Below, one piece after another: positions 39,985-49,669 of a stretch of 64,000 nt of DNA; within the stretch, counting starts at the first letter, position 1; the number at the start of each line of letters is the position of its first letter. The notes under the pieces are model-generated. The model was given only the letters and a program-made list of their open reading frames with translations, had not been told where the DNA came from and did not search any database. Position numbers and translations under genes: made by a program. The stretch is taken from assembly GCA_034089705.1 (NCBI GenBank), contig JAXDTZ010000022.1:12848-76847 (forward strand), read 5' to 3'. This DNA is from Candidatus Enteromonas sp. (lineage in GTDB: Bacteria; Bacillota_I; Bacilli_A; RFN20; CAG-826).

Positions 39985-40728
39985 ATGAAAACCGAACTCG
40001 ACGAATTGAAACAATACGTCGCCGATGTGATCGATTTTACGCTGCCCCAATTCAAGGAACTTCCGGGCATCGACCTTTACATGGAGCAAGTCCTTCTCTA
40101 CATCAATCAAACGTTGAGTTCCGTTTCTCCCGACGGGGAGAAGATGCTCACCTCTTTTATGGTCAACAATTACGTGAAGGCCAAAATGGTCAGCGAACCC
40201 GTCAAAAAGAAATATTCCCGCGAACAGATCGGTTATTTGCTCGCGATCACTTTGTGCAAAACGACCCTTTCCCTCGCGGACATGTCGTTGCTTTTGGAAC
40301 TCGACCATGGCATCTCTTCCAACACCACCCGCATCTATGAATTTTGGGCGAGGATGGAAAGCTCGATCCTAGGAGAAACCGGGAAGAAGGTCGACGCGCA
40401 TTTAACCACCATCGGCAAACGCTACGAAAGTGAACTTCCCTCCGATCCCGAACTCGCGGAAAGCAACGCCCGCGATTCCCTGGGCCTCCTGGCCTTGCGC
40501 CTTTCGATCCAATCCCAAGCTTATCGCCTCATGAGCGAAGCCATCATCCGCACCTTGCGCAAAGACATGCACGGGGAAGAGATCGCCAAAGAAGCCGCAG
40601 AGCCTTCGAAGAAAGAGACCCGACACGAAATCCGTTCGGGCGTCCACGAAGCGGAGCGCCTAGCGTCCATCAAAGAAAAATCCCATCGTCAAAACCAACC
40701 GAAAAAACAGAAAAAATCCAAGAAATAG
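39985..40728 (+). CDS. DUF1836-family protein
   Basis: FMVNNYVKAKMVSEPVKKKYSREQIGYLLAITLCKTTLSLADM matches the DUF1836 pattern. Basic low-complexity C-terminal tail. Strong RBS AAGGAGG. Confidence 0.5.
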   Translation: MKTELDELKQYVADVIDFTLPQFKELPGIDLYMEQVLLYINQTLSSVSPDGEKMLTSFMVNNYVKAKMVSEPVKKKYSREQIGYLLAITLCKTTLSLADMSLLLELDHGISSNTTRIYEFWARMESSILGETGKKVDAHLTTIGKRYESELPSDPELAESNARDSLGLLALRLSIQSQAYRLMSEAIIRTLRKDMHGEEIAKEAAEPSKKETRHEIRSGVHEAERLASIKEKSHRQNQPKKQKKSKK

Positions 40729-40740
40729 GAGGAATCTATC

Positions 40741-41754
40741 ATGCGCGTTCTTGTTACTGGAGGCACGGGCTTCATCGGAAGCGAAACGGTCATCGCCTTG
40801 CTGCAAGCGGGCCACGAACCCGTCATCGTCGACAATCTGTCCAACTCCAAAGTCGCGGTTCTGGATCGGATCGAAACCATCACCGGAACCAAACCTCGCT
40901 TCTACCAAGTGGATTGCTGCGAGGAAGCCCCTTTCCGAAAGGTCTTCGAAGAGAATCATTTCGACGCGGTCATCCATTTCGCCGGCCTCAAGGCGGTCGG
41001 GGAATCCGTTTCCAAGCCGATCGAATATTATTCCAACAATTTGGTGTCTTCCTTGACGCTTCTGCGCTTGATGAAGGAATTCGACGTCCGCAACATCGTC
41101 TTCTCTTCTTCCGCGACGGTGTATGGCGTTCCCGATTCCGTTCCCTTGTCTGAAAATGACCCCGTCAAAGGGGCGACCAACCCTTATGGGGAAACCAAGG
41201 TCATGATCGAACGCATCCTCGAAGACGCCCAAAAAGCTTGGAAGGAACTCAACGTCGCCATCCTTCGTTACTTCAACCCCATCGGGGCCCATCCTTCGGG
41301 ACTTCTTGGTGAAGACCCGAATGGCATCCCCAACAACTTGATGCCCTACGTCTCCCAAGTCGCGATTGGAAAACTCAAAAAACTTCGCGTCTTCGGGGGC
41401 GATTACCCCACCGTGGACGGCACGGGGGTGCGCGATTACATCCACGTCGTCGATTTGGCCGAAGGACATGTCGCGACCTTGAAAAAACTCCAAACCAATC
41501 CGGGTTTGGTCGTGTATAACCTCGGAACCGGGAAAGGCACTTCGGTGCTAGAGATCGTCAAAGCGTTTGAGAAGGCCAACGGGATTGCCATCCCCTACGA
41601 AATCGTCGAACGCCGCCCAGGGGACGTCGCGGAGAATTTCGCCAACGCGGACAAGGCGTATCGCGAACTTGGCTGGAAAGCCCGCTTCACCGTCGAAGAC
41701 GCCTGCCGGGACGCGTATCGCTTCCAAGCGAAGAATCCTCGTGGCATCGAATAA
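40741..41754 (+). CDS. galE: UDP-glucose 4-epimerase
   Basis: VTGGTGFIGS NAD-binding motif, YGETK catalytic triad (YxxxK). Confidence 0.9.
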   Translation: MRVLVTGGTGFIGSETVIALLQAGHEPVIVDNLSNSKVAVLDRIETITGTKPRFYQVDCCEEAPFRKVFEENHFDAVIHFAGLKAVGESVSKPIEYYSNNLVSSLTLLRLMKEFDVRNIVFSSSATVYGVPDSVPLSENDPVKGATNPYGETKVMIERILEDAQKAWKELNVAILRYFNPIGAHPSGLLGEDPNGIPNNLMPYVSQVAIGKLKKLRVFGGDYPTVDGTGVRDYIHVVDLAEGHVATLKKLQTNPGLVVYNLGTGKGTSVLEIVKAFEKANGIAIPYEIVERRPGDVAENFANADKAYRELGWKARFTVEDACRDAYRFQAKNPRGIE

Positions 41755-41780
41755 CCATTTTCATTCCCTTTTTCCTTCTT

Positions 41781-41820
41781 ACGCATTACCATGTATTCAA
41801 CAAAGGTAATGCGTTTTTTG
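41781..41820 (+). terminator. Intrinsic terminator after galE
   Basis: ACGCATTACC-14 nt loop-GGTAATGCGT followed by TTTTTTG. Confidence 0.7.
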
Positions 41821-41836
41821 CCAAGAAAGGAATCCC

Positions 41837-42739
41837 ATGGAAGAATTTTCCCTCCGTTTAAGCGACGGAACCCCGATGAAAGGCCGTCATTGGCCCATTG
41901 AGGAACCCGTGGCCAATTTTTGCTTGATCACGGGCATGCAGGAACATAGCGCCCGTTATGACGAACTCGCTCGGTATTTGAACGCCAAGAACGTGGAAGT
42001 TTACGTCTTGGACGCTTTGGGGCAAGGGCTCAATGCCCCCAAAGTCGAAGAGCAGATGCGTTGGCCCTCCCAGGGATTTGCCAAGAACGTCGAAGGGGTG
42101 GCCGCGATGTGCGACCTTGCGAGGAAGAACGGGAAACCCGTGATTCAGGCGGGGCACTCCATGGGTTCGTTCATCACCCAACGCCGCCTCGAGCTCTACC
42201 CCCATGCTTCCGACGGCACGATCCTCATCGGCAGCAACGGAGGCCAAAAAGGCTTGATGTCGGTGGCCTTCCTTCTTGCGAGCCTCATCGTCCATTCCTC
42301 CAATTGGGACAAGCCGAGCCCCTTCTTAACGAATTTGAGCCTGGGAGGTTATTCTAGGGCGGTCAAGAACGCGAAAACCCCGATCGATTGGATCTCTTAT
42401 GATGAAGACAACGTGCGCGCCTATGCGCAGGACGATTATTGCGGATATCCCCCGACCGGCGGTTTTTGGAAGGAATTCACCCGCGGCTTGAAGGAAATCT
42501 GGAAAACCAAAGAAATGAAAAAGGTGGCCCATGACGAACGGATATTGATCATCGCGGGAGAAGAAGACCCCGTTGGGCAAAACGGGAAAGGCCCGAAATG
42601 GCTCTTGGACCGTTATTCTTCCCTGGGGGTGGAACGCGTCTCTTTGAAACTCTATCCCAAGATGCGTCACGAAATCGTGAACGAAGAAAAAAAGGAAGAG
42701 GTGTTTGAAGACATCGCTTCGTTCGTCCTCGCCCGTTAA
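41837..42739 (+). CDS. Alpha/beta hydrolase (lysophospholipase/monoacylglycerol lipase-like)
   Basis: GHSMGS nucleophile elbow. About 300 aa. Confidence 0.6.
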   Translation: MEEFSLRLSDGTPMKGRHWPIEEPVANFCLITGMQEHSARYDELARYLNAKNVEVYVLDALGQGLNAPKVEEQMRWPSQGFAKNVEGVAAMCDLARKNGKPVIQAGHSMGSFITQRRLELYPHASDGTILIGSNGGQKGLMSVAFLLASLIVHSSNWDKPSPFLTNLSLGGYSRAVKNAKTPIDWISYDEDNVRAYAQDDYCGYPPTGGFWKEFTRGLKEIWKTKEMKKVAHDERILIIAGEEDPVGQNGKGPKWLLDRYSSLGVERVSLKLYPKMRHEIVNEEKKEEVFEDIASFVLAR

Positions 42740-42838
42740 CGATTTGTTAAGGAATCGGAAGGCCCCCTTGGTCATCCGGTTCCTTTTCTTTGTTTTCCTC
42801 ATAACGGAAGCCAAGGGAATGGCGTATGATATGTCGCG

Positions 42839-43342
42839 ATGCCAAAAAATGTCCTCGTCCCCTTACTTACCGCCTTAGCAACGGGCATCGTCTTGATATT
42901 GGTTTTCGTGGCCAAGACCATTTTGGTTTCGGGGTCTTTTGCTTTGTCTTGCCGTAGGCACGCCTACCTCCAAAAATCGGATATCCGCATCAATTTGACG
43001 TTTGAAAACATCGGCACGGGAACCCATTCCTTTTCTTCGTTTGAACTCTTAGGGAAGAAAGAAGGAACCATGCGAAAAATCGCCGTCATGGAAGGGGCCC
43101 CGATTCTTTTAAGCAACCATTCCGAAATCGTCTTAAAAGAGGGAAAATTCTATCTGGAAATCCCGAACAACGCCGCCGCGGAAGTTACGATCTCTTTCCG
43201 TCTTTTCGAAGGGGTATCCATTCAGGATTTCGATGAATATTACATGAAGCTAAAGGAAAAAGAGATAACCTTGTATGCCAAATTCCAGGATTTTTGGTCT
43301 TGCGAGCCTCAACGTCTCGTCTTCCAAAAACGGAGACGCTAA
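42839..43342 (+). CDS. N-terminally membrane-anchored small protein (167 aa), unknown function
   Basis: Hydrophobic N-terminal helix then a soluble domain. Converges on and overlaps the VanZ-fusion gene by 4 nt. Confidence 0.4.
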   Translation: MPKNVLVPLLTALATGIVLILVFVAKTILVSGSFALSCRRHAYLQKSDIRINLTFENIGTGTHSFSSFELLGKKEGTMRKIAVMEGAPILLSNHSEIVLKEGKFYLEIPNNAAAEVTISFRLFEGVSIQDFDEYYMKLKEKEITLYAKFQDFWSCEPQRLVFQKRRR

Positions 43343-45075
43343 TCGCGTTTCTTTTTCTTCCTAAGGACGAAAATTAAAAGACAGATTAACGCCCCTAAGA
43401 GGACCCCGACGAAGGCTCCGCTGCAATCGATGAGCACATCGGTCCAACTGCCCCCTCGATGCAACGAGGGGATTTTTTGAATGGCTTCGCTAACGACGGC
43501 GAGGAAAGAAGATAAGAGGAACCCAATTCCCGCGTTAAGGGGAAGGGCGAACTTCTTGCCTTCGAAGAAGGTGAAGAAAGAAGCCAAGAATCCGACGAGG
43601 CCGGTCAATGCGAACAAAGTGAAATGCCCGATGAACTTCCTCGTGGCGATTTGGAATTTCCCGATGTTCCCGTCGTTGATTGTCGCGTTGCCTTCCACGG
43701 ATACATCAATTTCGATTCGAAGGCTCGGATTGGCCAAAAAATAGCAAACTAAGTGGGACGTCCCCACGTTTTTGGCGATCACGGAGACGGAAGAAGAGTC
43801 GTTGTTCAAGATGAGGGCAACTTCGGGATGACTGCTTTCCACGTGGATGGCGGTCTTCGAGGCGTTTAAGGGAAGGAACGTCGTTTTGATTGCCATGGTG
43901 TTGCCCGAAGACAAGGGAATCGTCGACGAGCCATCATGGGTTACCCCGCTAGACAGGAAGGAGAATTTGGCATCGCTTGGAGGTTGCTCTTCGCATCGAA
44001 CCTGGATTTGGACCTGGGAAGAAGGATTGCTAAGAAGCGTCCCCGTGATGGTGGCTTCCCCTGTGATGCGATATCCCGTGACGAAGCCTCCGGGAACGAG
44101 TTCGCCCTTATTGTTGAAATGCGTGTTACTCACGCGGGCGACCAAGGGATTCGAACTTTCCCAAAGGATGGTCTGATCCATGTCTTCGGAGGAGAAATCC
44201 ACCGAAAGAGGGACCCCGTATGCATGGGTTTCCTGATAATCGTAATCGAGCAAATGGAGAACGTTGGTCGCTGGGGTTTGGAGCGAAATCGTCCCTTTCG
44301 GCATCGATTCGTTGGTCACCGTGATGGTCGCAAGAGGCTTGCCTTCGTGGGACAAGGTCGCATTTCCCGGGGATAAAGCCCGAAGGTATCCGTTCCCGGT
44401 TTCGATGACCGAAGGGTCGCTGGAGACCAGGGAATAACGAAGGGGATCGTAAAACCTCCGCAGATAATGATCCGCGGATTCCCCTTCTTTGTCTTCGATC
44501 CCTTCTTGGGAGATGGCCCCTTCCACCAAAAAGGATTCCCCGATTTTCATGCTCGAAGGGAAGGTGACGTGGAAGGTTTCCGGTTCTAACAAGGGAACGA
44601 CTTCAAAATCAAACGCCTCGTTATGGCCGGATTGATCGCTTAAGGAGAAAGAGAAAGAAGCGCAACGAAAAGGCTGGATGCGAATCCTCCCCCCGCTAGA
44701 ATTGGGGGTGATGGTGACGGAATAATCGCTCTCATTGGAACCATCCGTTCGCGTGATTGTCACATCTCTTTGCTTTGGGGCGGAACCAGGATTGTCAGGA
44801 AAAGAAAGGACGTAATCCACGACTTTGGTGGTGCCGAGTATCGCTTGGTTCTCTTCGCACAAAAAGGCGTTGGGAACCATTTGGAGGTCGGTGGGGTAAA
44901 TGGGTTCCACGGCCTTGCTGGGGGTGATTTGGTTAATCCAACCCGACAATATATTCGCAAGCCAATTGGATTGCTGCCCACTGATGGAAGATGGGGTGGA
45001 GGCTTCCCCGATGATGAGGAGGCTCAATAGGCCGAATCCGACCCATAAGCTGATCGCGGTTTTTTTGTGCTTCAT
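43339..45075 (-). CDS. Exported protein with repeated bacterial Ig-like domains and a C-terminal VanZ-like 4-TM domain
   Basis: N-terminal signal/anchor MKHKKTAISLWVGFGLLSLLIIG. Central region with beta-rich repeated Ig-like segments. C-terminus KFIGHFTLFALTGLVG...AVVSEAIQKIPSLHRGGSWTDVLIDCSGAFVGVLLG matches VanZ-family features. Confidence 0.55.
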   Translation of the reverse strand: MKHKKTAISLWVGFGLLSLLIIGEASTPSSISGQQSNWLANILSGWINQITPSKAVEPIYPTDLQMVPNAFLCEENQAILGTTKVVDYVLSFPDNPGSAPKQRDVTITRTDGSNESDYSVTITPNSSGGRIRIQPFRCASFSFSLSDQSGHNEAFDFEVVPLLEPETFHVTFPSSMKIGESFLVEGAISQEGIEDKEGESADHYLRRFYDPLRYSLVSSDPSVIETGNGYLRALSPGNATLSHEGKPLATITVTNESMPKGTISLQTPATNVLHLLDYDYQETHAYGVPLSVDFSSEDMDQTILWESSNPLVARVSNTHFNNKGELVPGGFVTGYRITGEATITGTLLSNPSSQVQIQVRCEEQPPSDAKFSFLSSGVTHDGSSTIPLSSGNTMAIKTTFLPLNASKTAIHVESSHPEVALILNNDSSSVSVIAKNVGTSHLVCYFLANPSLRIEIDVSVEGNATINDGNIGKFQIATRKFIGHFTLFALTGLVGFLASFFTFFEGKKFALPLNAGIGFLLSSFLAVVSEAIQKIPSLHRGGSWTDVLIDCSGAFVGVLLGALICLLIFVLRKKKKRD

Positions 45076-46175
45076 TGGTGTGCTCGGTCTCGGGTGAATA
45101 CTTTGGTCGAAACATTTTGGAGATTCTCGTCCATCCGATTGGCGACGACGAGGTCAGAAGAAGCCAAAAAATCTTCCAAAGACGACACCATGGGGTGCCC
45201 AAATGCAGTGGGTTCTTTCCACAGAGGTTCGAAAATTTGAATGCGGACAGGATAAGAAGAAAGTTTCTCAATGAGCCCTTGCATGCAGGTGCTGCGAAGG
45301 GACGAAGAGTCGTTTTCCATGCGAAGGCGGTAGATTCCAACGACGGGATTTGGCAGTTCCTTTACCCGTTCGTAGATCTCTTTGGCAAGCAAGGATTTCC
45401 GGGTCGCGTTGGAGGCGATTACCGCGGAGATGAGGTTCTGGGGAATGCCTTGGAAATTGACCTCGAGCTGCTTGGTGTCTTTCGGCAGGCAATATCCCCC
45501 ATATCCGAAGGAAGGATTGCAATAATGGGATCCGATCCTCGGATCGAGGCCGACTCCTTCGATGATGGAGGAAGCGGACAATCCCTTGGATAAGGCGTAG
45601 GAATCCAGTTCGTTGAAGAAGGCGACGCGCAAGGCAAGATAGGTATTGGAAAAGAGTTTGACCGCTTCGGCTTCCCCAAGGGACATCAGCAATGCCGGGG
45701 TATCTTTCGGGCAGCATTTTAGGAATTCCTTTAAAAAGGCTTCGGCTTCTTCTTTCTTCCCTTCCTCGTGTCCCAGAACGATGCGAGAAGGATATAAGGC
45801 GTCCTTCAAGGCGCTGGCTTCCCGCAAAAACTCCGGGAAGAAGAAGACCGAGGAAAGCGGATATTCCTTGGCGATCGCTTCGCAATATCCCATGGGCACG
45901 GTGGATTTGATGAGGAAGCGCGAATGGGGGTTTAACGCATAGAGGGCCTCGATGGTTTCGTCTAACGGAGCCGTGTTGAAATGGTGGGTTTCCTCGTTGT
46001 AATCGGTGGGCAGGCACAACAAGAAGAAGGACGAAAAGTCGCTAGCTTCTTTTAAAGAGGCCAGTTCCCCGCCTTTCTTGGGGTCGATGTCGTATCCTTT
46101 GACGTCGTGGACGCGGGAAAGGACCGCCCGCATGGCGTTCCCGACGTAACCCAAACCAATGACCGAGATTTTCAT
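45072..46175 (-). CDS. ugd: UDP-glucose 6-dehydrogenase family nucleotide-sugar dehydrogenase
   Basis: MKISVIGLGYVGNA NAD-binding start; catalytic-Cys region GYGGYCLPKD. ATGA overlap with the downstream VanZ-fusion gene. The track ORF extends 20 codons upstream. Confidence 0.8.
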   Translation of the reverse strand: MKISVIGLGYVGNAMRAVLSRVHDVKGYDIDPKKGGELASLKEASDFSSFFLLCLPTDYNEETHHFNTAPLDETIEALYALNPHSRFLIKSTVPMGYCEAIAKEYPLSSVFFFPEFLREASALKDALYPSRIVLGHEEGKKEEAEAFLKEFLKCCPKDTPALLMSLGEAEAVKLFSNTYLALRVAFFNELDSYALSKGLSASSIIEGVGLDPRIGSHYCNPSFGYGGYCLPKDTKQLEVNFQGIPQNLISAVIASNATRKSLLAKEIYERVKELPNPVVGIYRLRMENDSSSLRSTCMQGLIEKLSSYPVRIQIFEPLWKEPTAFGHPMVSSLEDFLASSDLVVANRMDENLQNVSTKVFTRDRAHQ

Positions 46176-46313
46176 TGGGAATACGTTATCACGATTCTCC
46201 TCTTTTGAGGAGGTGTCGAATCGAGGAAATCCCATCGGATGGGGTATCCGATCGCCCCTTCCCGTTTCGGCCGGTTTTGCTTCCAGGCGAGAATGGGTAT
46301 AATCCTAACTGGT

Positions 46314-47021
46314 ATGGTTTGTCTTTTATTTGCGATGGAAAAAGAGTGCGCCGGCCTTCTTTCAAAGGTTGAGGTCCGCCAAAAGGTGTCCCTTGGCTAC
46401 ACCAAAGTTTTCGAGGCCGTTTTCGAGGGCGTCCCCTTCTTAATTGGAATCTCGGGAATTGGCAAAGGGTTTGCCGCAGCAGCGGTGGCCGCCATCGCGA
46501 ATCGCTACCCCGTGGATGCGTTTTTGAACATCGGGATCGCCGGAAGCCAAGACAAAACCAAGGCGGATATCTTCTCGGTGGTGATCGGTTCCCATTACGC
46601 GGAACACGATTTGGACACCTCCGCGATTGGGGATCCCGTCGGCTTGATTTCCGGAATCGACATCGTGGAATTGCCTTCTTCCCCGTTATGCGTTTCTTGT
46701 TTAGAAAAAGCATCGAACGCCCTTCGTCTCCCTTATGTTCGTGGGGTGATTTCTTCCGGGGACACTTTTATCGGGGACAAAGAGAAGAAACGAAAGGTGA
46801 CTGAGACTTTTGGTTCCCTTTGCCTCGACATGGAAAGCGCCCCATTCGCCCAAATCGCTTTTGTTTACGGCATCCCCTTCGCCTCCGCTCGGGTGATTTC
46901 CGACTGCGAGCGTCCCGAAATCGAATACCCCCAAAACGCGGAAAAGGCATCCCAAATCGCCTCCAACCTCGCCTTAGAAGCGGTCCGCTTCTTCGCGGAA
47001 TCATTCAGTATTTCGGTGTGA
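46314..47021 (+). CDS. mtnN: 5'-methylthioadenosine/S-adenosylhomocysteine nucleosidase
   Basis: The N-terminus aligns with the Pfs start (IGIIGAMEEE ~ VCLLFAMEKE). The C-terminus is DMESAPFAQIAFVYGIPFASARVISD. Alternative start at 46293. TATAAT at 46297-46302 hints at a near-leaderless transcript. Confidence 0.6.
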   Translation: MVCLLFAMEKECAGLLSKVEVRQKVSLGYTKVFEAVFEGVPFLIGISGIGKGFAAAAVAAIANRYPVDAFLNIGIAGSQDKTKADIFSVVIGSHYAEHDLDTSAIGDPVGLISGIDIVELPSSPLCVSCLEKASNALRLPYVRGVISSGDTFIGDKEKKRKVTETFGSLCLDMESAPFAQIAFVYGIPFASARVISDCERPEIEYPQNAEKASQIASNLALEAVRFFAESFSISV

Positions 47022-47095
47022 ACCCTTTTAAGGGTTTTCCATTCCATTCCGCCTCGCTATAATAGCATTCGGTTACAAACCGAAAGGATTTACAC

Positions 47096-47803
47096 ATGGT
47101 CAAATTAGTCTTGATTCGTCACGGCCAATCCGAATGGAACCTTAAGAACCTTTTCACCGGATGGACGGACGTCGAACTCTCCGAAAACGGAGTCAAAGAA
47201 GCCCATGAAGCGGGCAAACTCTTGAAGAAGGAAGGCTATACGTTCGATATCGCTTTCTCTTCCGTTTTGAAACGCGCCAACAACACGATGAAATTCGTTT
47301 TGGAAGAAATGGGCGAAACGGGCATCCCGAAGTTCTATTCCTGGCGTTTGAATGAACGCCACTACGGCGCCCTCCAAGGCCTCAACAAAGCCGAATCCGC
47401 CAAAAAATGGGGCGATGAACAAGTCCACATTTGGCGTCGTTCCGCGGATGTTCCGCCTCTGGCCCTCACCAAAGAAGACGAACGTTGGCCGGGCAACCAA
47501 GCGAAGTACAAAGAACTCATCGCCGCGGGGGAAATGACCGAAGAAGATTGCCCCCTCACTGAGTGCTTGATCGACACCGCCAAGCGCGTCAAACCCTACT
47601 TCGATGAAAAGATCGCCCCGGAAATCATGAATGGAAAGAAAGTCTTGATCGCGGCCCATGGCAACTCCCTCCGCGCCATCGTCATGATGCTCGAGCACCT
47701 CACCCCGGAACAAATCATCTCGGTCGAAATCCCGACGGGAAAACCCCTCGTCTACGAACTCGACGAGAAGACCCTCGAAGTGCTCAACAAGTACTACCTC
47801 TAA
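47096..47803 (+). CDS. gpmA: 2,3-bisphosphoglycerate-dependent phosphoglycerate mutase
   Basis: [10 protein letters not shown] (RHG phosphohistidine motif). About 235 aa, typical of dPGM. Confidence 0.9.
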   Translation: MVKLVLIRHGQSEWNLKNLFTGWTDVELSENGVKEAHEAGKLLKKEGYTFDIAFSSVLKRANNTMKFVLEEMGETGIPKFYSWRLNERHYGALQGLNKAESAKKWGDEQVHIWRRSADVPPLALTKEDERWPGNQAKYKELIAAGEMTEEDCPLTECLIDTAKRVKPYFDEKIAPEIMNGKKVLIAAHGNSLRAIVMMLEHLTPEQIISVEIPTGKPLVYELDEKTLEVLNKYYL

Positions 47804-47819
47804 TCCGAAACATCTCTTG

Positions 47820-47844
47820 GGGGCCGAGATTCGGCCCCTTTATT
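47820..47844 (+). terminator. Intrinsic terminator after gpmA
   Basis: GGGGCCGA-gat-TCGGCCCC followed by TTTATT. Confidence 0.7.
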
Positions 47845-47851
47845 CACCATT

Positions 47852-48187
47852 ATGGATTTCAAATATTTCACATCCATGCTCGGGGACTTCGTCCTCGGGC
47901 TCCAAGTTCTCCGCAGCAACTTGACGACCTTCTCCAAAATCCAGGGCAATTCCCTGGGGGATTATCTGGAATTCGTCCAAAAGACGATGAATCCTCAAAA
48001 CGTCAAAGAATTCCAGAAACTGATGATGGAGGAGAAGTATTTCCTTTTCGATGTCGGGTTGAGTTTCATGGACAAGGAGCATTTCGCCTCCACCCCCGAA
48101 TTCGAAAGCGCCTGCGACAAACTCACGGACGCGAGAAAACGCCTCTACGGATTCAACGGGGAACTCATTCATTCCCGGCGCGGTTAA
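47852..48187 (+). CDS. Hypothetical small cytoplasmic protein (111 aa)
   Basis: ORF with no recognisable motif. It converges on the CDF transporter gene. Confidence 0.35.
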   Translation: MDFKYFTSMLGDFVLGLQVLRSNLTTFSKIQGNSLGDYLEFVQKTMNPQNVKEFQKLMMEEKYFLFDVGLSFMDKEHFASTPEFESACDKLTDARKRLYGFNGELIHSRRG

Positions 48188-49365
48188 TTCGCGTAAGGGC
48201 GATCGAATTTGATTTTGAATTCGTTATCGGGAAAGCCTTGCTTCAAATCGCGGAGCAAGGCTTTTTCATCTTCGTCTTCCCCAAAAGGAACGACGACGTC
48301 GAATTCGAAGGTCTCCTTCCCTTGATGGAGTAAGATCCGGAAATCGTGGACGGTGGCCCCTGGGCAATGCGTTTGGACCAAACCGATGATTTGATCCTTG
48401 ACCGCCTTCTTTTCTTCGCTTAACGGGGTGACCGGGTCGATGTGGATGATCGTTTCCGCCCCATATAGGGCGTTGAGTTTCTCTTCTAGATCGCTGATTA
48501 AATCGTGGATGGAGACGAGGTCGTTCTCCGCGGAGACTTCCGCGTGCAAGGAAAGGAAGGTTTTGGTCGGGCCGTAACGATGGATCAAGACGTCATGGAC
48601 CCCGAGGATTTTCTTTTCTTGGAGGACGAATTTCTCAATGGCCTCGATGTCTTTGGCCGAATTGGCGCCTCCAATCAAGGGGTTCACGGTTTCCTTTAAC
48701 ATCCGGAAAGCGGAGAAGATGACGAATCCCGCGACGGCGATACCAAAATACCCGTCTAAGAAATTCCATCCAAACGCGATGCCAAGAATCGCGGAAACCA
48801 TGACCGACAAGGTGGCCAAGGTGTCGGTGAAGCTATCGATCGCCGTGGCTTTTAACGAAGGGGAGGAAATCGTCTTGGCAAGCGACAAGTTCCAAAACCC
48901 TTGCAAGGCCTTGAGAGCAATCGAAACGGCCAAGACGATGACGACGGTCCAAGAATACGTCACGATATCTCCGTTGATTAAGGACGAAATGGAGTTTTTG
49001 ATCAATTCGATTCCGGCGAACATGACGAGGATCGACACCACCATCCCGACGATGTATTCCATCCGTTCGTGCCCGAATGGGTGTTCTTTGTCCGCGGGCT
49101 TACCGGCGACCGCGAATCCGATCAACGTGACGATGTTGCTCGCCATGTCTCCCGCGTTGTCGATCGCATCCGCGAGAAGGGCCATCGGGAAGATCCAGGC
49201 GTTTTGGGAGGCCAAAAGAAAAGCGAAGGCAAGCTTTAATCCCACCAAAATGGCATTGATGAGTAATCCTAGCCATGCGGCGAGGATGCCGTGTTTTACG
49301 CGAACCGTTTCGCTAGCCACGTTCTGATAATCCCGGATGAAGAGACGACGCAATAAAGTAACCAT
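48184..49365 (-). CDS. Cation diffusion facilitator (CDF) family metal efflux transporter
   Basis: 6-TM N-terminal domain with metal-site residues (HDxxxD-like) and a C-terminal cytoplasmic domain of CDF type. Confidence 0.75.
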   Translation of the reverse strand: MVTLLRRLFIRDYQNVASETVRVKHGILAAWLGLLINAILVGLKLAFAFLLASQNAWIFPMALLADAIDNAGDMASNIVTLIGFAVAGKPADKEHPFGHERMEYIVGMVVSILVMFAGIELIKNSISSLINGDIVTYSWTVVIVLAVSIALKALQGFWNLSLAKTISSPSLKATAIDSFTDTLATLSVMVSAILGIAFGWNFLDGYFGIAVAGFVIFSAFRMLKETVNPLIGGANSAKDIEAIEKFVLQEKKILGVHDVLIHRYGPTKTFLSLHAEVSAENDLVSIHDLISDLEEKLNALYGAETIIHIDPVTPLSEEKKAVKDQIIGLVQTHCPGATVHDFRILLHQGKETFEFDVVVPFGEDEDEKALLRDLKQGFPDNEFKIKFDRPYAN

Positions 49366-49669
49366 GCGGAGAGTCTAGACCCCCGAACTCGAGTAAATCA
49401 ATTATAACAATTTTGGTTTTCTTCTTTTTTTCGCGCAATGGCATGCATGGTTTGGCAGGGCTCTTCCGAATTCGGGAATCCCTAATGATAAGGGAGACCG
49501 CGAAACAGAACCTTCCCCGTTTCGCTTTGGAAAAAGAAAGGGGAATGGGGGTCGAATTCGTTTGATTTCCATGAAATTTACCCTTCAAAAAGCGGAATTG
49601 AGAAGAAAAACGAAGAGTTCTCTTGCTATTTCGTTTAACGAAATAATGTTCTTTGGTATAGTTTTAAGT

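Noticed and set aside
39253-40308. 351-aa minus-strand ORF (and 38524-39240)
   Set aside because: These are antisense to gatB and the DUF1836 gene, with no motifs and antisense-type composition.
46186-46201. Hairpin CTCCTC-tttt-GAGGAG in the ugd leader as a regulatory element
   Set aside because: It is a short 6-bp stem in a divergent promoter region. It is probably just the SD-like GAGGAG with chance complementarity, so it is not reported as a feature.
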